Assembly (NCBI GenBank): GCA_963822445.1
Contig: CAWGHO010000003.1
Location: forward strand, 1,760,001 to 1,824,000
Direction: 5' to 3'
Length of the DNA: 64,000 bases
DNA from: an uncultured Acidobacteriota bacterium
Lineage (GTDB): Bacteria > Acidobacteriota > Thermoanaerobaculia > Gp7-AA8
In this document: positions 58,837-64,000 of the stretch, in pieces
How the letters are laid out: each line of letters begins with the position of its first letter
How positions within the stretch are numbered: position 1 is the first letter of the stretch
Notes under the pieces: generated by a model
What the model was told of the DNA's origin: nothing
Database searches by the model: none
The model's input: the letters and a program-made list of their open reading frames with translations, nothing else
Made by a program: the position numbers and the translations under genes

Positions 58837-60771
58837 TTGAATTCGACCGTCAAAACTGCACTCCTGTGGGTCGTGATCATCGTGCTGGTCTTCCTCCTCT
58901 GGAGCCTGTTCAACACGGCCAAGGGAGCGAGTGACCCCATTGAATACAGCACGTTTCGCGATCGCGTTACGCAGGGGCATGTAGAGAAGATCACCGTCCG
59001 CGGCGATGAAATCCGCGGCGAGACCAAGACCACCGCACCCGGTGGGAAGAAGCAGTTCCACACCACCGGTCCCACCCCCCTTCCCGACGACTTTCACAAC
59101 CTGCTCAACGACCAGAAAGTGGTCGTCACGTTCGAGCCGCAGCGCGATGCGCCGTTCGTCACCGCGCTCATCACCTGGGCCCCGTTCCTGTTCCTGATCG
59201 GCCTCTGGATCTTCTTCATGCGCCAGATGCAGGCCGGCGGCAACAAGGCCCTTTCCTTCGGCAAGTCGAAGGCGAAGCTCCTCTCCGGCAGCGCGAAGAA
59301 AGTCACGTTCAAGGACGTGGCCGGCGTCGACGAGGCCAAGGTCGAGCTGCACGAGATCATCGAGTTCCTCAAAGAGCCGCAGAAGTTCACCAAGCTCGGC
59401 GGCAAGATCCCCAAGGGCGTTCTGCTCATGGGTCCTCCGGGAACCGGCAAGACCCTTCTCGCCCGCGCAATCGCCGGCGAGGCCAACGTTCCCTTCTTCT
59501 CGATCTCCGGGTCGGACTTCGTGGAGATGTTCGTCGGCGTCGGAGCGTCTCGTGTCAGAGATCTGTTCGAGCAGGGCAAGAAGAACGCGCCCTGCATCAT
59601 CTTCATCGATGAGATCGACGCCGTCGGCCGTCACCGCGGCGCAGGCCTCGGCGGCGGACACGACGAGCGCGAGCAGACCCTCAACCAGCTCCTCGTGGAG
59701 ATGGACGGCTTCGAATCGAATGACGGCGTGATCCTCATCGCCGGCACGAACCGTCCCGACGTGCTCGACCCCGCCCTGCTTCGCCCGGGCCGCTTCGACC
59801 GTCGCGTGGTCGTCGATCTTCCCGATCTCAAGGGCCGCGAGGGCATCCTCCGCGTGCACACCCGCAACATCCCGCTGGCCGAGGATGTGGACATGGCTGT
59901 GATCGCGCGGGGCACGCCTGGATTCTCCGGGGCCGATCTCGCGAATCTCGTCAACGAGTCCGCGCTGAACGCCGCCCGTTACGACAAGAAGAAAGTCCAG
60001 ATGGTCGACTTCGAGTACGCGAAGGACAAGGTCATCATGGGCGTCGAGCGGAAGTCGATGATGATGTCCGATCGCGAGAAGCGGAACACCGCGTATCACG
60101 AGTCCGGTCACACCATCGTCGCGGCCATGCTGCCGGCCGCCGATCCGCTGCACAAAGTCACGATCATTCCGCGCGGCCGCGCGCTGGGACTCACCCAGCA
60201 GCTGCCGGTCGAGGACAAGTACTCGTACTCGAAGAAGTACCTCGAGGCCATGCTGGCCGTGCTGATGGGCGGCCGCATCGCCGAAGAGGTGTTCCTCAAC
60301 GAGATCACCACCGGCGCCGGAAACGACATCGAGCGCGCCACGGGCATGGCCCGCAAGATGGTCTGCGAGTGGGGCATGTCCGATCTCGGCCCCGTCACCT
60401 ACGGCAAGAAAGAAGAAGCGATCTTCCTCGGCCGCGAGTTCGCGCAGCACCAGGACTTCTCCGAATCGACCGCGGTCGAGATCGACAAGGAAGTCCGCCG
60501 CATTCTCGACAAGGCCTACAAGGCCGCGCACGAGATCATCAGCGGCAACAAAGGCTCGCTCGATCGCATCGCGCGCAAGCTGCTCGAGCGCGAGACTCTC
60601 GAAGGCTGGGAAGTGAACCAGATCCTGACCGAAGAAACCGGAACGGATTACCTGAAGCTCAAGGAGTACTACCCCGAGCAAAGCCCCGGCGAGGCCATGA
60701 CCATCGCGCCGGGATCGGGCCCGTCCACCGACGTGACCACACCGGTGGTGCAACCCGATCGAACGACGTAG
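58837..60771 (+). CDS. ftsH: ATP-dependent zinc metalloprotease FtsH
   Basis: Two TMs, [37 protein letters not shown]; RBS GGAGG before TTG. Confidence 0.97.
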   Translation: MNSTVKTALLWVVIIVLVFLLWSLFNTAKGASDPIEYSTFRDRVTQGHVEKITVRGDEIRGETKTTAPGGKKQFHTTGPTPLPDDFHNLLNDQKVVVTFEPQRDAPFVTALITWAPFLFLIGLWIFFMRQMQAGGNKALSFGKSKAKLLSGSAKKVTFKDVAGVDEAKVELHEIIEFLKEPQKFTKLGGKIPKGVLLMGPPGTGKTLLARAIAGEANVPFFSISGSDFVEMFVGVGASRVRDLFEQGKKNAPCIIFIDEIDAVGRHRGAGLGGGHDEREQTLNQLLVEMDGFESNDGVILIAGTNRPDVLDPALLRPGRFDRRVVVDLPDLKGREGILRVHTRNIPLAEDVDMAVIARGTPGFSGADLANLVNESALNAARYDKKKVQMVDFEYAKDKVIMGVERKSMMMSDREKRNTAYHESGHTIVAAMLPAADPLHKVTIIPRGRALGLTQQLPVEDKYSYSKKYLEAMLAVLMGGRIAEEVFLNEITTGAGNDIERATGMARKMVCEWGMSDLGPVTYGKKEEAIFLGREFAQHQDFSESTAVEIDKEVRRILDKAYKAAHEIISGNKGSLDRIARKLLERETLEGWEVNQILTEETGTDYLKLKEYYPEQSPGEAMTIAPGSGPSTDVTTPVVQPDRTT

Positions 60772-60786
60772 TCCACGATGACAACG

Positions 60787-60822
60787 ACGAAAAACGCCGG
60801 CCGCGAGGTCGGCGTTTTTCGT
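60787..60822. terminator. Intrinsic terminator after ftsH, probably bidirectional
   Basis: ACGAAAAACGCCGGCC-GCGA-GGTCGGCGTTTTTCGT. Confidence 0.85.
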
Positions 60823-60889
60823 TGGGGGCGCCGACCCCGTAACGGCGATTCGTAACCTCGTTAAGATGCGTACCTTCGGAGGTCAGCTC

Positions 60890-61741
60890 ATGTCCACAAC
60901 GTTGCAGCTTGCCGGACGTCTGTCCGCGGTCGTGCAGACGCAGCATGAAGTCCTCGCGGCCATCACCGATCTGGAGAGAGTGATGGCGCTCGTCGTCGAG
61001 CGCACACCGGAGGTGACCAGCGGCGACGGCGCGGTCATCGAGATCGTGGAAGGAGACCAGCTCGTCTACCGCGCCGCGTCAGGCGCCGCGCGCGAACACG
61101 TCGGCCTGCGCCTCCCGTTCAAAGGCAGCCTCTCCGGCCTGGCCGTCACGGAGAAGTCGATCATGCAATGCGACGACGTCGAAGACGATCCGCGCGTCGA
61201 TCGCGACGCCTGTCGCGCGATCGGAATCCGGTCGATGCTGATCGCCCCGCTGCTCGAAGGGGACGTCGCCGTCGGCGCGCTCAAGACCTTCTCCTCCCGG
61301 GCTCGCGCATTCGGCGATCTCGACGTGTATGCGCTGCAACTCCTCGCGGGAATGGCCTCGGGCGGTCTGACTCAGGCGCAAACGTTCCGCGCGCTCCAAA
61401 CCTCCGACACCCGCTACCGAATGCTCTTCGACCGCAACGTCGCCGGCGTGTTCCGCACCACGTTCGAAGGAGCCATCCTCGACTGCAACAACGCCCTGGT
61501 CCACTTCCTTGGATACGACTCGCGCGACGACCTGCTGGCCCACACGGCCTGGGACTTCTACCACGAGCGCTCCATGCGCGAAGAAGTTCTTCGCCTCGTG
61601 CAGGAGAATCGGATGATGCTCAACATCCGCATCCCGATGAAGCGGAAAGACGGCACCTCGCTCCTGGCGCTGATGACAGCGAGTCTGGTCCCCGGCGAGC
61701 GTGACGAGCCGAACCTGCTGGGGACGATCGTGGAGGCCTGA
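60890..61741 (+). CDS. GAF + PAS sensor protein with no output domain
   Basis: GAF (SLSG...DDPRVD...IRSMLIAPL...F...D); PAS (YRMLFD...GVFRTT.EG.ILDCN...LGY...RKDG). Confidence 0.85.
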   Translation: MSTTLQLAGRLSAVVQTQHEVLAAITDLERVMALVVERTPEVTSGDGAVIEIVEGDQLVYRAASGAAREHVGLRLPFKGSLSGLAVTEKSIMQCDDVEDDPRVDRDACRAIGIRSMLIAPLLEGDVAVGALKTFSSRARAFGDLDVYALQLLAGMASGGLTQAQTFRALQTSDTRYRMLFDRNVAGVFRTTFEGAILDCNNALVHFLGYDSRDDLLAHTAWDFYHERSMREEVLRLVQENRMMLNIRIPMKRKDGTSLLALMTASLVPGERDEPNLLGTIVEA

Positions 61742-61789
61742 GGCCTCGGGTTCCTCACGTTTCGTTTCGGACGGACTTACGTTGAGCAC

Positions 61790-63232
61790 ATGCTCACGTT
61801 CGTTTTCGCCCTCGCCATCGCGGCCGAGCCGGCCATTCGATGGGAGCCGTTCCTGGTTCCCTTTCCCTCAGCGCTGCGGGCCCAACTCGGACGACTGACC
61901 GTCCCTCTGCGCCGCGCGCAACCCGACGCGGGCTCGGTGGATCTCGCGTTCGTTCGTCTTTCAACGGCAGGTGAGAAACGCGGCGCGCCGATCGTCTACC
62001 TCGCCGGCGGTCCCGGCACATCGGGGATCGCCGCGGCGCGCAATCCTTTTGCGATCGCGAACCTCACCCGCCTCGCCGAATCGGCCGACGTCATCCTGCT
62101 CGATCAGCGCGGCATCGGCCTCTCCACTCCCCGACCTGTCTGTGGACCGAGGACCGTCGAGCCGCAAGCGCGGTTCGCGTCGACGCCTGAGGTTCTGCCG
62201 CGCGTGGTCGCCGCCGCGCGCGCGTGCGCCGAGGAGTGGGCGGCGAAGGGCATCGACGTCACTGGATTCAACGTCGCCGAAAGCGCCGCCGATCTCGACG
62301 ACCTCCGCAAAGCCCTCGGCGTCCCGAAGATCAGTCTCCTCGGCCACAGCTACGGAACCTACCTCGCGCTGACTGCCATCCGTGCGTACGGCGGCACGAT
62401 CGAGCGCGCTGCGCTGATCGGCACCGCCGGACCGAATCACATGCGCAAGCTTCCGCTCATGCTCGATGCGCAACTGGCGAAGCTGTCGATGCTCGCGAAG
62501 GACGATCCGTCGATCGGCAGCGAGGTGCCGGACATGACCGTGCTTCTCCGCAGGGTTCTCGCGAAGCTCGAGCGCGAGCCGATGGCCGTGACCATCACCG
62601 ATCGCGCGCGGAAGGAGAAGGTGCAGCTGCGCATCGGACCGGATGCACTTCGCAGGATCCTCATTCTCGACATCGGCGATGGCAACGATTTCCCCTTCTT
62701 CCCTGCCCTGCTGCTCACGATCGAGCGCGGCGATCCTTCGATCCTCGCCTGGTTCGTGGAGAAGCGGTTCAACCAGGCTGCCGGCACTGATCTGATGACC
62801 TACGGAATGCGTTGTTCGGCGGGCGCGAGTGCGAGCCGCGATCGCGAGATCGTTCTGCAGGCGCAGACCTCGATCCTGGGAAACGCGTTGAACACGCCGT
62901 ATCCAGATGTCTGCGCGGCACTGCCGTCGATCGAAGGCGCCGACGCGCTACGCGCTCCGATCCACTCCGACCTCCCCGTGCTTTTCATCAGCGGCACGCT
63001 GGACAGCAACACGCCGCCGCATCAGGCCGAGGAGGTGCGCTGGGGGATGCCGCGTGCGATGCATCTCATCGTGCCGAATGCCGGCCACGAAGATCTCGAA
63101 CCGAACGCGGAAGTGCAGGCCGTCATCGCCGACTACTTCGCCGGCAAAGACGTTTCGGCGCGGCGTGTCGTGCTGCCGGTGCCCGATTTCAAGAGCGTCG
63201 AGGAAGCGAAGAAAGAGCGCCGCGTCGAATGA
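61790..63232 (+). CDS. Secreted alpha/beta hydrolase (TAP-like, peptidase S33)
   Basis: GGPG, DQRG.G.S, GHSYG nucleophile, D.NTP, NAGH. Confidence 0.88.
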   Translation: MLTFVFALAIAAEPAIRWEPFLVPFPSALRAQLGRLTVPLRRAQPDAGSVDLAFVRLSTAGEKRGAPIVYLAGGPGTSGIAAARNPFAIANLTRLAESADVILLDQRGIGLSTPRPVCGPRTVEPQARFASTPEVLPRVVAAARACAEEWAAKGIDVTGFNVAESAADLDDLRKALGVPKISLLGHSYGTYLALTAIRAYGGTIERAALIGTAGPNHMRKLPLMLDAQLAKLSMLAKDDPSIGSEVPDMTVLLRRVLAKLEREPMAVTITDRARKEKVQLRIGPDALRRILILDIGDGNDFPFFPALLLTIERGDPSILAWFVEKRFNQAAGTDLMTYGMRCSAGASASRDREIVLQAQTSILGNALNTPYPDVCAALPSIEGADALRAPIHSDLPVLFISGTLDSNTPPHQAEEVRWGMPRAMHLIVPNAGHEDLEPNAEVQAVIADYFAGKDVSARRVVLPVPDFKSVEEAKKERRVE

Positions 63233-63250
63233 CGCGGCGCTCACTCTCGA

Positions 63251-64000
63251 CTACTTGAGATGATGCAGGTTCGCCTGGACCGCGGCCAGCGCGTAATCGC
63301 CACGGGTGATGCCGGACTGGGGCTGGAACACCGCCTTGATCTTCGGCAACAGCGGGTTGGTGTTGTCGACGTAGAACGTCGCGTTGAGGATGCCGAGATC
63401 GAGGGCCAGCTGCACGTAGCCGCGGAGCTCGGGCCGGATCCGGTTCTCGTCGGAGAGCACGATGCGCGCGCCTTCGTACGGCGCTGTCACCGAGCCAGTG
63501 GTCTCCTCCGCTGTCTTCTGCAGGCCGAGCGCCTGGATGAGCGCATACGCGAGCTCCTGGCGCTCCATGTCGGCGTTCGGCTTGAACATGCCGCGGCTGC
63601 GGTCGACGAGCGAGACCGGCTTCGCATCGTGATTGAGATCGAAGAGCAGCGTGCCGTTCGCGGTGACCATCTGCGCGAAGACTTCCGCGGCCGGGTTGTC
63701 GTTGGTCAGGTCCGCGAACAGCCGCCGGCCGAACAGGTCCAGGCGTTGGCGGATGCCGAAACCGGAGACCAGATACTCGGCGGCGGCAATGCGATCGATC
63801 TTGCGGTCCGGACTGAACGTTCCGTTCGTCAACGAATCGACGAGCCGGTTGCTGGCGGCAAACTCGATCACGCCGCGCATCGGGTGCGCGGCAATGTCGT
63901 TGAGTCCTGTGAAGCCTTGCGTGATGTAGGTCCGCACCGTGACGTTGGCGGTTCCCGGCCCGGCGATGCCGTTCGTCAGCTGCAGCGGATCCACCGCGAC
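63251..64000 (-). CDS. C-terminal part of a surface protein with SLH-like repeats, possibly an AprX-like S8 protease; truncated by the window edge
   Basis: LNDIAAHP...F.PD..I.R and F.P...ITR.D.A repeats; catalytic region outside the window. Confidence 0.55.
   Translation of the reverse strand, partial: VAVDPLQLTNGIAGPGTANVTVRTYITQGFTGLNDIAAHPMRGVIEFAASNRLVDSLTNGTFSPDRKIDRIAAAEYLVSGFGIRQRLDLFGRRLFADLTNDNPAAEVFAQMVTANGTLLFDLNHDAKPVSLVDRSRGMFKPNADMERQELAYALIQALGLQKTAEETTGSVTAPYEGARIVLSDENRIRPELRGYVQLALDLGILNATFYVDNTNPLLPKIKAVFQPQSGITRGDYALAAVQANLHHLK

Overview
GC-rich bacterial chromosome segment; gene style points to Acidobacteriota, probably Thermoanaerobaculia-like (inference). About 50 genes. 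The housekeeping backbone is nadA, a thrC-like gene, a 2-oxoacid dehydrogenase set (lpdA, E1a, E1b, E2), tsaA, lipB-lipA, hemB, tRNA-Met and tilS-hpt-ftsH. It is interleaved with signalling genes (hybrid kinase, TIR-TM-WD40, a 1769-aa kinase/ATPase/TPR/GAF/sigma54 activator, a second Ser/Thr kinase, an MglA-like GTPase, an ECF sigma factor) and large surface proteins. The best candidate for an undescribed system is at 36.2-42.9 kb: a three-domain fusion (Fe/2OG Asp/Asn-hydroxylase-like, PAPS sulfotransferase, TIGR03032/DUF4915) head-to-head with an IPTL-CTERM surface protein whose beta-helix is strongly Tyr-enriched, suggesting a dedicated surface-protein hydroxylation/sulfation system. Other leads: a structured nadA leader resembling the NAD+-I riboswitch, a TIR-TM-propeller gene coupled to the giant activator, a LipB-Nudix fusion, a catalytically degenerate HPRT, a duplicated degenerate tRNA heading a repeat-bounded islet, orphan tail-collar genes, and two families of intergenic palindromes that have entered coding sequence. 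Six single-base frameshifts between 21 and 31.5 kb are most likely sequencing errors. No CRISPR array, rRNA, integrase or transposase was seen. All domain calls come from motif recognition by eye, not database searches.
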